Below the pieces are notes generated by a model. It did no database searches. It worked only from the letters and a program-made list of their open reading frames with translations, and had not been told where the DNA came from. 64,000 nt of DNA, taken from the NCBI GenBank assembly GCA_016703005.1, contig JADJCX010000033.1, positions 297,767 to 361,766 on the forward strand, given 5' to 3'. Positions within the stretch are counted from its first letter, which is position 1, and each line of letters begins with the position of its first letter. A program made the translations under genes and the position numbers. Positions 49,585 to 59,044 of this stretch are shown here, piece by piece. The DNA is from Flavobacteriales bacterium (GTDB lineage: Bacteria; Bacteroidota; Bacteroidia; Flavobacteriales_F; PHOS-HE28).

Positions 49585-50244
49585 GTGTTCCCTGCCACCC
49601 TAAATATCACTGTCTTCTGCGGCGCATTGCTGGTCGCTTGCGTCGTTGCTGCCCAGCCGCCGAAAGAGCCGGGGTCGTTCAGGCCACCCGACCTGGTGGA
49701 GATCGTGAAGCTGGATAAGACCATCAAGCTCGACATCCGCTACGCCACGAAGAACAATTTCCTGGGGCGACCGGTGTACAAACATGCACGGGCCTTTTTG
49801 CAGCGCCCGGCCGCCGAGGCACTGGTGCGCGTGCACCAAGCGCTGAAGGCGCAGGGCTTCGGGCTGCTGGTCTTCGATGGCTACCGGCCGTGGAGCGTTA
49901 CCAAGGTTTTTTGGGACAGCACACCCAACGACAAGAAGAGCTACGTGGCCGACCCCGCAGTAGGCTCGCGGCACAACCGCGGATGCGCGGTGGACCTCAC
50001 CTTGTTCGACCTCAAGACAGGTCGCGCTGTAACGATGCCCAGCGAATACGACGAGATGACGGAACGGTCGCATGCGGACCATTCCGGTGCAACGCCGGAG
50101 GCCACGCGCCTGCGCGATCTGCTCATCGCGGCCATGCAAGCGCAAGGCTTCACGGTCTTCGCCACCGAGTGGTGGCACTTCGACTACAAGGACTGGAAGG
50201 AGTATGCGATCCTGGATGTTCCGTTCAAGGAGATCGGGAAGTAG
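49585..50244 (+). CDS. ddpX: D-alanyl-D-alanine dipeptidase (M15 family, VanX/DdpX-like), secreted
   Basis: Signal peptide and M15D motifs (...SRHNRGCAVDLTLFD...EWWHFDY). Confidence 0.8.
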   Translation: MFPATLNITVFCGALLVACVVAAQPPKEPGSFRPPDLVEIVKLDKTIKLDIRYATKNNFLGRPVYKHARAFLQRPAAEALVRVHQALKAQGFGLLVFDGYRPWSVTKVFWDSTPNDKKSYVADPAVGSRHNRGCAVDLTLFDLKTGRAVTMPSEYDEMTERSHADHSGATPEATRLRDLLIAAMQAQGFTVFATEWWHFDYKDWKEYAILDVPFKEIGK

Positions 50245-50336
50245 ATGTCATTGGAATGTGAGTCGGAACCGCATAGGCCAAGAGCCGGGAGGCAACGCGC
50301 GTTCCGTCCTGCGTCTACTTTCGGCATTCTACCCCC

Positions 50337-51623
50337 ATGCGTGCACATACCCGTTCCTTCCTGCTATCCTGCGCTCTCGCATTCGCCCCGCTGGCACAGG
50401 CGCAGGACTTCTTCTGGGACTTCGAAGGAGCGAACGGCCTCGATGGATGGCACATGTATGATGGCAGTTCGATGCAGACGGGACCAGGTGCGGCCAGTGC
50501 GACCAGCGTGCGTTTGCAGAGCGGACCGCCCCTTAACAGCGGATCGTTCGATTCGGCCATGTTCTTCTACCATGTTGTGCCGTACGACCCTAACGTCTTT
50601 TACAACATTACAGTTGGGTGCATGACACTCGACCCCGATGTGTACCCGATGGTATACCTCGGTTGGCTCGATACGCTGACCCAGCCCGCATTCCTGAACG
50701 CCGCGAACACCAGCATGACCGTTTCGACGGGCCCCTCCAGCTGGGCCATCGCCGAATTGCTGGATGAGTATCCCATCACCGGAACGGGCGCGTACTGCAT
50801 CATCATTTCGGCTTCATCGTTGATCCCGGGCGAAGCCCTGTTCGACAACATTTCCGTTGAGATGATACCGCAGGGCTCGGCCATGCTCCGCGCGCCAAGG
50901 CTGTTCCTGGGCGGCAACTTCGATAGCGGCATCAACCGGATGGGCCACCATCTCAACGACCTGGGATTAGTGCCGGCCACGGAGCCATACACGGCCATGG
51001 GTTACCAGCAGATCGGCGGTGGTGGGGAGATGTGCACACCCTTTGTGATGGAACCGAGCTTCAACTTCAACGCCGTGGATTGGGTGCGCCTCGAATTGCG
51101 TTCGGCCTTGGACCCGACCGTGGTGGTGGCCACGCGGCAGCTCATGCTCACTTCACTCGGTCTTACGTGCGGCCCCAATGGGCAACTGAACCTGCACTTC
51201 GATCTGCCGGCCGGCAACTATTACGTGGCCGTGCGCCACCGGAACCATCTGGGTGCGATGACCGCCACGCCGGTGGCGCTGCCAAGTCCATTTCCATGGT
51301 GGGCGGTGGATTTCCGCTCGCCTTCGCTTGCCACATGGGGCAGCAATGCGCGCAAGGCGGTGGGGGCGAACATGGTGCTATGGGAAGGCGATGTCACAGG
51401 CGACCACTTGCTCAAGTATGTGGGTATGAACAACGACCGCGACCCCATTCTCGTGGCCATTGGTGCGTTGCCCATCGCTACCCTCACCGGTCAGTACCGC
51501 AAAGAGGATGTGACCATCGATGTCGTCGTGAAGTATGTCGGGGTGAACAACGACCGTGACCCCATCCTTGTGAATATCGGCGGTAATACGCCCAATGCCG
51601 TGCGCGTGGAGCAGGTGCCATAG
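50337..51623 (+). CDS. Secreted protein, paralog A of a novel family, with C-terminal dockerin-like Ca-binding repeats
   Basis: Signal peptide. Shares long blocks with 53834-55138 (FEGANGL.GW, EPYTAMGY.Q.GGGGE, VDWVR.ELRS..DPT..VATRQ, NYY.AVRHRNHLG.MTA.PV). Repeats of the form GD.TGD..LKYVG.NNDRDPILV.IG. Confidence 0.6.
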   Translation: MRAHTRSFLLSCALAFAPLAQAQDFFWDFEGANGLDGWHMYDGSSMQTGPGAASATSVRLQSGPPLNSGSFDSAMFFYHVVPYDPNVFYNITVGCMTLDPDVYPMVYLGWLDTLTQPAFLNAANTSMTVSTGPSSWAIAELLDEYPITGTGAYCIIISASSLIPGEALFDNISVEMIPQGSAMLRAPRLFLGGNFDSGINRMGHHLNDLGLVPATEPYTAMGYQQIGGGGEMCTPFVMEPSFNFNAVDWVRLELRSALDPTVVVATRQLMLTSLGLTCGPNGQLNLHFDLPAGNYYVAVRHRNHLGAMTATPVALPSPFPWWAVDFRSPSLATWGSNARKAVGANMVLWEGDVTGDHLLKYVGMNNDRDPILVAIGALPIATLTGQYRKEDVTIDVVVKYVGVNNDRDPILVNIGGNTPNAVRVEQVP

Positions 51624-51717
51624 GGGGTTACGAACTGGCGCGGGCCTTTCTAAGCGTCCATCGCAGAGTCGCTTGTGCGCGAGTCCTACGCATGAGGCCG
51701 CAGGGGCTCGCAGGCCG

Positions 51718-51820
51718 AGGGCTTCACCGTCTTCGCCACCGAGTGGTGGCACTTCGACCACAAGGACGGGAAGGAGTATGCGATCTTCGATGTGGAGTTC
51801 GGCAGGATCAAGGGTCAGTA
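51718..51820 (+). pseudogene. Fragment (~100 bp) of the ddpX 3' end
   Basis: ...GFTVFATEWWHFDHKDGKEYAIFDVEFGRIKGQ* is about 80% identical in DNA to 50140-50244. Confidence 0.7.
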
Positions 51821-51830
51821 GTTCCCCCGC

Positions 51831-53387
51831 CTATTCCTTCACTATGCGCAGGCAGGTCAAACCTTCATTGGAAGTCACCTGCAGGACGTAGGGTCCTGAA
51901 GGGAGAATACTCAGGTCAACAAGGGAGCCGCCAACGCGAAAGTGCCCAGTTTGCACTGTCGCACCCAAGGTGTTGATGACCACATAGACTGCGTTACTGC
52001 CTATGTCGCCGGTGATCCTGAAGACGCCGTTGCTCGGGTTCGGTGTGGCAGTGAGTCCCGGTGCTGGCAGTGATGGGTCCACCGCTGTGCTGAAATCCTC
52101 CTCACCGAGTTCAACAAGCCATACATCGCGCACGCCTATGAAGTCCTGGACGTCGCCATCATTCGATTGTGCATGCCCGGCCATCATGAAGTGGCCGTTG
52201 GGAAGTGCGACGATCGCCGAGCCGCCGTCAAAGTCGGTGCCGCCCATTGTTTTCTGCCACAGGAGATCCCCGAACGGGTCCAGACGTACAACCCAAGCAT
52301 CGGACCAGCCTTGGTTGCTGGTCACGTCGCCATCGGCAGAGCGTGTGTTACCGGTGAAAATGAACCCACCGTCATAGAGCTGGTCCATGTCGATCGGGGT
52401 GTCGAACAGAGAGCCACCGATACAATGCTGCCACTGCAGGTTGCCCAGTGAGTCCAGCTTCACGATCCAAGCGTCCTCATCGCCGTGGAGGCCGCTCACG
52501 TCGCCATCATTGGACGAGGTTCTCGCGGCGATCACATAGCCACCATCCGAGGTGAGCGCCAGATCGAACGGGTTTTCGGACCACGTGCCGCCAAAGGACT
52601 GCTCCCAGAGGATCGCACCGACGCTGTCCACCTTCACCAACCACACATCGTTGGCGCCGAGGTTCTGGGAAACGTCGCCATCGGAGGACAAAGAACTGGC
52701 CGCGAAGACATAGCCGCCGTCCATGGTCCTGGTGATGGACCAACCCACTTCGGCCAAGCTGCCGCCGTAGCACCGCTGCCATTCCAACCCGCCAGTGCTG
52801 TCGAGCTTCACCACCCATGCGTCGTCCGCACCGTGATTGCCGCTCACGTCGCCGTCGTTCGAGGTGGTGCGCGCTATCAGTATGCAGCCACCGTCCGGCG
52901 TGCCTTCAATGCACGCCACGGTCTCGTTGCTCGATCCACCGAGGTCGATGTTCCACTGTACGTTCCCACCGCTATCGAGCTTTACCACCCCGATGTCCGA
53001 GTAAAGCACCGGATACGGCGTGATGTACCCGGTAAGGAAGTAACCACCGTCAGCGGTTGGTGCGAGACCATGGGCATCATCCCAACTAACACCGCCCAGC
53101 GTTTGCTGCCATAGCAGCGTTCCGGTGCTATCGATCTTGAATACCCACATGTCGTGATCGCCGTTCTGCCCCGAAATGTCGCCATCGACCGAGGTTGTGA
53201 ACCCGGAGACAACGAAGCCGTTGTCAGCCGTGCGCAGGAGGTTGCGCCCCATCTCGTCATGCGATCCTCCATAGGTCTCCTGCCATACAATGGGCGGTGC
53301 TATCTGGCCGATGATGGTGCCGCGCAACACAAGAACCGCAACAGGGATGATCGTCCAACGAAAGAAGCGGGCGACTGAGCTTTGCAT
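51831..53387 (-). CDS. Secreted beta-propeller-repeat protein with a T9SS type A C-terminal sorting domain
   Basis: About 8 repeats of about 50 aa (DGGY...G.T.S.DGDVSGNHG.DDAWVVKLDS.G.L.WQ...GG) and a Por-secretion tail (...GPYVLQVTSNEGLTCLRIVKE). Confidence 0.7.
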   Translation of the reverse strand: MQSSVARFFRWTIIPVAVLVLRGTIIGQIAPPIVWQETYGGSHDEMGRNLLRTADNGFVVSGFTTSVDGDISGQNGDHDMWVFKIDSTGTLLWQQTLGGVSWDDAHGLAPTADGGYFLTGYITPYPVLYSDIGVVKLDSGGNVQWNIDLGGSSNETVACIEGTPDGGCILIARTTSNDGDVSGNHGADDAWVVKLDSTGGLEWQRCYGGSLAEVGWSITRTMDGGYVFAASSLSSDGDVSQNLGANDVWLVKVDSVGAILWEQSFGGTWSENPFDLALTSDGGYVIAARTSSNDGDVSGLHGDEDAWIVKLDSLGNLQWQHCIGGSLFDTPIDMDQLYDGGFIFTGNTRSADGDVTSNQGWSDAWVVRLDPFGDLLWQKTMGGTDFDGGSAIVALPNGHFMMAGHAQSNDGDVQDFIGVRDVWLVELGEEDFSTAVDPSLPAPGLTATPNPSNGVFRITGDIGSNAVYVVINTLGATVQTGHFRVGGSLVDLSILPSGPYVLQVTSNEGLTCLRIVKE

Positions 53388-53439
53388 GATGCAATGTAAA
53401 CCTCCTTCCATAGGCCCAAAGCGCTCGAGGCGGAACAGT

Positions 53440-53722
53440 TGTCCGCGCGGCACAACCGCGGCTGCGCGGTGGATCTCACACTCTTCGACCTCAAGACCGG
53501 TCAGGCCGTGACGATGCCAGCGAACACGATGAGATGAACGAACGGTCCTACCCGACCTATTCAGGTGCTGCTCCGGAAGCCACGCGCATGCGCGATCTGC
53601 TGATCGCGGCGATGCAGGCGGAGGGCTTCACGGTCTTCGCCACCGAGTGGTGGCACTTCGACTATAAGGACTGGAAGGAGTATGCGATCTTGGATCTACC
53701 GTTCAAGGAGATCGGGAAGTAG
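53440..53722 (+). pseudogene. Fragment (~280 bp) of the ddpX 3' half, frameshifted
   Basis: Aligns to ddpX from ...HNRGCAVDLTLFDLKTG to the stop. A 1-nt deletion lies near 53518. The last 62 codons remain open as ORF 53534-53722. Confidence 0.75.
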
Positions 53723-53833
53723 TGGGCCATAGCTGGTGAGGTGGCGGCCTTGGCACGGTAGTCCTGATCCATCGGACCACAAGGCAACACTTCGCCGCAT
53801 ACCCCGTCTATCCGGTACATCATTTCCCTGCGC

Positions 53834-55138
53834 ATGCTATCCCAGTTGGTTCGTTGTGCCTCGGTAGGCATTTTTGTCATCGTCGGGAACACGGCTGCCT
53901 CGCAGACCTACAGCTTCAATTTCGAGGGTGCGAACGGCCTTTCGGGTTGGGTGCAGAACGACGGCCAACCCATTGGCACGGGGGCAGGTGCAAGCGGTAG
54001 CACGGCGTTGTCCATTTCCGTGGACCAGGTCAACTGGGACCGTCGTGTTTACCATCCCATTCCGTTCGACCCGACCAAGGTCTATCGGTACTCGGCCTGG
54101 ACGAAAGTGGGGCAACTCTCGACTACCACATCGGTAAGGCTCGCGTGGGTCGACTTCAGCACCGGACAGCGCATCTACACCGATACCTACTATCTGAACG
54201 GAAATTATGGCGCATGGCGGCCAGGGGGTATCCCGCCTCATCTCATCCCGACGGCCGACTTCTCGTCGAACCCGAACGCACAGTTCTGCATCGTGCTCGA
54301 AGCATTCGATGGTCTTACCGGCATCGCATGGTTCGATGATGTGGTGGTGACGATGAGCGACGTTTCCTCCACTGCGTTCATCAGTGCGCTTGTGATGTTG
54401 GGCGGTACGTACACCAACGGCTACATGCCTGCCAACCTGCGCTTGCAGAACCTGCTGCCTGTGCTGGAACCGTACACCGCGTTGGGCCATGTGCAAGTGG
54501 GTGGTGGCGGTGGCGAAACGGCGCCGGAAGCATGGTGGAACTTCAACAACCTGGACGGGCCGGTGGATTGGGTGCGGGTTGAATTGCGCTCTCCGATCGA
54601 CCCGACCATCATCGTGGCCACGCGGCAAGGGCTGGTGAGCAGCATCGGCTCGATCACCGAGGTGGACGGCGGCAGTGCCCTTGGTTTCAGTGTTGCACCG
54701 GGCAATTATTACCTGGCGGTGCGGCACCGCAACCACCTCGGGTGCATGACCGCCTCGCCGGTTTTCGTGCAAGGTGCCATCACGGTTCCGTGGTCGGCTT
54801 ATGGTTTCGTGGACTTCACTGCGGCCGCTACCCCTGTTTGGGGGACCGATGCGCGGAAGCACGGTGACAACACTTACAACTACAAGGTGCTATGGCCCGG
54901 TGACACCAATGGCGATGGTGTGGTGAAGTACACCGGTGCCAACAATGACCGCGATCCCATTCTGCAAGCGATCGGCGGCGTCCTGCCGACCAATACGTTG
55001 CCCAGCGTTTACAACATACATGACGTGGGCATGGACGGCACGGTGAAATACACCGGGTCCTTCAACGACCGCGATCCGATCCTGCAGACCATCGGAGGTG
55101 TTATTCCCACGTTGACGCGCGCGGCGCAGTTGCCTTGA
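53834..55138 (+). CDS. Secreted protein, paralog C of the novel family, with dockerin-like repeats
   Basis: Signal peptide. Conserved blocks shared with 50337-51623. Repeats DTNGDGVVKYTGANNDRDPILQAIGG and GMDGTVKYTGSFNDRDPILQTIGG. Confidence 0.6.
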   Translation: MLSQLVRCASVGIFVIVGNTAASQTYSFNFEGANGLSGWVQNDGQPIGTGAGASGSTALSISVDQVNWDRRVYHPIPFDPTKVYRYSAWTKVGQLSTTTSVRLAWVDFSTGQRIYTDTYYLNGNYGAWRPGGIPPHLIPTADFSSNPNAQFCIVLEAFDGLTGIAWFDDVVVTMSDVSSTAFISALVMLGGTYTNGYMPANLRLQNLLPVLEPYTALGHVQVGGGGGETAPEAWWNFNNLDGPVDWVRVELRSPIDPTIIVATRQGLVSSIGSITEVDGGSALGFSVAPGNYYLAVRHRNHLGCMTASPVFVQGAITVPWSAYGFVDFTAAATPVWGTDARKHGDNTYNYKVLWPGDTNGDGVVKYTGANNDRDPILQAIGGVLPTNTLPSVYNIHDVGMDGTVKYTGSFNDRDPILQTIGGVIPTLTRAAQLP

Positions 55139-55254
55139 AGTGATCCAGTGGCCCATTGAAGGGGGCCCGTGATGGGCTGACGGTCGCTTCCGGCAAGTGT
55201 CCTTTGGTCCGGGGCCTCATACCCGTCTCCCTATTTTCAGCGCCGTTCCCCATC

Positions 55255-55656
55255 ATGAATACTCCCTTCCTTATCGGCCTCATCATCTTCCTGCTCTGTG
55301 CGTTCGGCGCGCGCTTCATATCCGAGCGTGCCATGCGTTCGTTGCCCGCTGAGCAGAAGTTGAAGCTCATCGATGCGTTTTCCGGGATGCGGATGTACGG
55401 GCTGCTATGGACCATCGGTTTGCTCGGCGCCTACTTTGCTTTGCCCACGCTGCTGCCGAACGCACCAATGCTTTCGTTGTCCATCAGCTTGGGGCTGGCC
55501 GTCATCTTTCTTGTGGTTCGACAAGTCATGGTCCGGAAAAAGTTGAACGCGCTGGATGTCGACGCCGCCTACAAGCGCAAGGTGAAGATGGCCCAACTGC
55601 TCATCGGCTTGGGCTTGGTGGTCTTTATCGGGTGCGTGTTGGCGGGGGTAATGTGA
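55255..55656 (+). CDS. Hypothetical small membrane protein
   Basis: 133 aa with 3-4 TM helices. Start trimmed to MNTPFL. Confidence 0.4.
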   Translation: MNTPFLIGLIIFLLCAFGARFISERAMRSLPAEQKLKLIDAFSGMRMYGLLWTIGLLGAYFALPTLLPNAPMLSLSISLGLAVIFLVVRQVMVRKKLNALDVDAAYKRKVKMAQLLIGLGLVVFIGCVLAGVM

Positions 55657-55743
55657 CATCGCTTCACCTCTTTCCAGCATCGTCCGATCGCATGATGCAC
55701 GACCGTATGGCGATGGTAGTTTTGGTCGCCCAACGCTACCGAC

Positions 55744-57211
55744 ATGAACGCTCGTTACTTACTGCTCTTTCCCATTTGCGCAATGGCCCTCCAAGCCACC
55801 GCCCAAGTGGATCCCTTGGACCCCGGTTTCGGCACCAATGGCATCGTTAGCATCCCCGGCACCTATGCGCAGGTCGGCGAGTTCGTGTTGCCGTACGACG
55901 ACGGCCGTCTGTTGGTGGTAAGCTCGCTGCTGCCATGGATGGCGCCGACACAACGAGTGCAGTGTACACGCTTGTTGCAGGATGGAACGTTGGATGCGGG
56001 TTTCGGCACTGGCGGCACCGTGGAGTTGTACCTGATGGGCGAGAAGTTCACGGCCACTGATGGCGCGTTGCTGCCCAATGGAGCCATCGTATTGTGCGGG
56101 TATTTGGGCGATATCGCGGGCGGCGTTCTGATGAAGCTGTTGCCGGACGGAAGTCCCGACCCGCTGTTCGACTCGGATGGCATTGCGGTGTTTCCCGGTC
56201 TGGATGTGCTCCACTCGGTATTGGTGTTGGCCGACGGCTCCATGATCGCATCTGGAGAAACCATTGAGCCGGTGATCTTGAAGGTGAACGCGTTCGGCGA
56301 ACCTGACGCCGCTTTCGGCAACAGCGGTTTTCTCTACCCCTCCGGTACGGGCGCCATTACCCATCTGGAGCGCACGCCCGGTGGCGATGTGGTGGGCGCA
56401 GGTTACATCAACATCATGTTCGACCTCTTCTTTGTGAAGTTCACCACAACAGGCGACCTCGTTTCGACCTTCGGCACCAATGGCGAAGCAATCGTTCCGC
56501 TGCTGCCATCCAACGACGCTCCGCGCGCGCTGCAGATCCTGGACGATGGCCGCATGATGGTGGCGGTGAACGGTGATGGGGCTGATTCGTACATGGTGCG
56601 GCTCAACGCCGACGGAACCCTGGACCCGAGCTTTGGCGTCGGTGGTGTTGTAGCAGGTGCCTCGTTACCCAACGGCGATTTCCTCTTCACCAGTTCGGTT
56701 ACCACGCCGCAAGGCACCACCATAGCGGGCTACAGGGCGTTGACGCCGGGCATTGCCTACGTGGTGCGCTTGGATGCCAGCGGAAGTCCGGTGCTGGGCT
56801 TCGGCAACAACGGCACGTACACGCTCGACCCTGATACCTCCTACTTGCATGGCGCCTGTGTAACAGCGTTGGGCCAAGTGGTGGTAACAGGGGGTGAAGC
56901 TGTTCGGCCCGAACATGGGCATTCTCGTTGCGCGGTTGTCGGCCAGCCCCGAAGGCATCGAACAACTTGCTCCCGGTGTTGAACCGCTTTCCATCATCCG
57001 CATTGCAGCTGATGCTGTGCGCGTAACCGCGGGCGATCGCGTTCTGGAGTGTTGGGTGTTCGACGCGGCCGGTAGAACGGTGCAGCACCTCAACGGCAAT
57101 GGAACGGCTGTGGTCGATATCGGCACCGGCGGCATCAGCACAGGGGCATACGCGGTAGTGGTGCGCACACAAAGCGCAACCGTGGCAGGGCGCTTCGTGC
57201 AGAGCGAGTAG
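55744..57211 (+). CDS. Delta-60-repeat protein with a T9SS C-terminal sorting domain, interrupted by a frameshift near 56890-56894
   Basis: Signal peptide, then repeats of the form .DGSLD..FG..G (LDAGFGTGG, PDPLFDSDG, PDAAFGNSG, LVSTFGTNG, LDPSFGVGG, PVLGFGNNG). The Por-secretion tail is in ORF 56894-57211. G4 instead of G5 at 56890-56894 joins the two ORFs (...VVTGVKLFGPNMGILVARL...). Confidence 0.6.
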
Positions 57212-57289
57212 CGGCTGAACGATCCAGGCGTAGAGGGCGCTATGGGGTCCGCAACGCCAAGGCCCGAATGAACTGCCTGCATATCGCTA

Positions 57290-58927
57290 TCAGAACTTCA
57301 TGATGCGCCCACTGGCAGTGTGCGCAGCGGCATTTACACGGATCGTGTAAAGTCCCGGCGCAAAGGAGCTCAGATCGACGGCATGATGAAGGGCAGTTTG
57401 GCCATACAGCACCAACCTACCTGAACTGTCGAACGCCTGGTAGGTGAGAGGGCCAGCGATCGCTGCGAAGCCGCTTCCAGTGATCGTCAGTATTCCGTTG
57501 TCCTGGTCCCAAAGCAGTGTGAAAACCGCCTCTGGTTGTGGCGTGCCATCCACCACTGAGATGATCTCGCCGATCCGCGCCATGTAATGATCGGCGCTGG
57601 AGATGGACGTTATCGGCAACGCACCGAACACTGCTTGCTGGTCGTAGCCTCCATTGATGTAGATACCGTCCTGGGTATCGACCGTCACCTTTGCTGCGGG
57701 GTCGTAGTTAAGACCTCCACCAGCCAAAGACCAGAGGCCTGCACCGGTGGTGTCGTAGGCCGCAACGAATACATCCACACCACCTGATGTGCTGAGCAAC
57801 GTACCGCCGAAAGTTCCTGAGCCGCTGAAGTTGCCGGTGACAATTGGTTCGTTCTTAGTGTTCAATGCAATTCCGGTTCCTTGATCCACATCGGTGCCGC
57901 CGGTGGTGATCACCCAGTCGAGGTTCCCCAATGCGTCATAGCGCGCCAGCACAACGTCCTCTAATACTCCGTTCGTGATCAGTGTAGCACCATCGAAGAC
58001 CACGGTATCGCCGTTCACCCAGCCCACCACGTAGCTGTTGCCGAGGGCATCCACTGCTACATCGTTGCCTTGATCGCTGGTGCCGCCGCCGCCATTGCGC
58101 GCCCAGAGGCATGTGCCGCTGGGATCGTACTTCGCGAGGAACATATCCGCGCCTCCGTTCGTCGGTAAGCCGATCGGCCCGAAATACGTCAACCCACTGC
58201 TGCAGAAACCCGTAACGAATGCATTTCCCAATGGGTCGGTGGCGACCGCTAGCGCTTCTTCACCTCCGATGCCACCGGCCTTCGTTGCCCACAGGTAGTT
58301 GCCGTTCGCATCGAGTTTCGCCAGAAAAGCATCCCGGTTGCCCGAGCTGGTCAAACTGAACGCTCCGAATGAGGCGGTGTTGCGGAAATAGCCGCAGACG
58401 AACACATTGCCCGCTGCATCCACGCTCACCGCGCGGCCTTCGTCATCGAGCAGGCCACCTCCGTGCGCAACCCATTGTTGCACGCCGTTGGTGTTGTACT
58501 TCACGATGAACATGTCGGCCATGCCATTGGTTGGAATGGAAGTGCCGCCGAAGTTGGCCACCGAGGTGTAGGAGCCGGTGATGTACGCATTACCATTCAC
58601 GTCAGTGGCAATGCCCTGGCCCACTTCATCGCCTTGTGGGCCACCGTCGATGAAGGACAGCAGGCAGTTTCCGAGGCCGTCCAGCTTGACCACGGAGACG
58701 TCCGCTCCGCCGATGCCGTTCAATGTTGAGCAATCGCTGGTGGACGGCCCGATCACGTAGCCTGTGGACCAGACGTTGCCGCTCCCATCCACTTGGATAT
58801 CCTTGGCTTGATCATAGTCACTACCGCCCAATGATCGCACCCACTGGAAGCTTTGAGCGGTGTTGATGAGTGGACATATCGTGATCAACACGAATGAAAG
58901 TAGGCGTTTTGAGCGACAGAGCTTCAT
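57290..58927 (-). CDS. SBBP (beta-propeller) repeat protein with a T9SS type A C-terminal sorting domain
   Basis: Signal peptide. About 8 SBBP-like repeats (GG.GSDYD.A..I..D..GN.Y.TG.T.S..F). C-terminal tail ...APGLYTIRVNAAAHTASGRIMKF. Confidence 0.7.
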   Translation of the reverse strand: MKLCRSKRLLSFVLITICPLINTAQSFQWVRSLGGSDYDQAKDIQVDGSGNVWSTGYVIGPSTSDCSTLNGIGGADVSVVKLDGLGNCLLSFIDGGPQGDEVGQGIATDVNGNAYITGSYTSVANFGGTSIPTNGMADMFIVKYNTNGVQQWVAHGGGLLDDEGRAVSVDAAGNVFVCGYFRNTASFGAFSLTSSGNRDAFLAKLDANGNYLWATKAGGIGGEEALAVATDPLGNAFVTGFCSSGLTYFGPIGLPTNGGADMFLAKYDPSGTCLWARNGGGGTSDQGNDVAVDALGNSYVVGWVNGDTVVFDGATLITNGVLEDVVLARYDALGNLDWVITTGGTDVDQGTGIALNTKNEPIVTGNFSGSGTFGGTLLSTSGGVDVFVAAYDTTGAGLWSLAGGGLNYDPAAKVTVDTQDGIYINGGYDQQAVFGALPITSISSADHYMARIGEIISVVDGTPQPEAVFTLLWDQDNGILTITGSGFAAIAGPLTYQAFDSSGRLVLYGQTALHHAVDLSSFAPGLYTIRVNAAAHTASGRIMKF

Positions 58928-59044
58928 GGATCAGGCGTTGTGCGCACAGACGCATAGTACTGACCGACCGTGCCGGAAAGGGTGATGGGCTGTTGAACCG
59001 GCAACCGATGGTGCTCATGTGTTGACCGTAGTCGTACGCCACGT

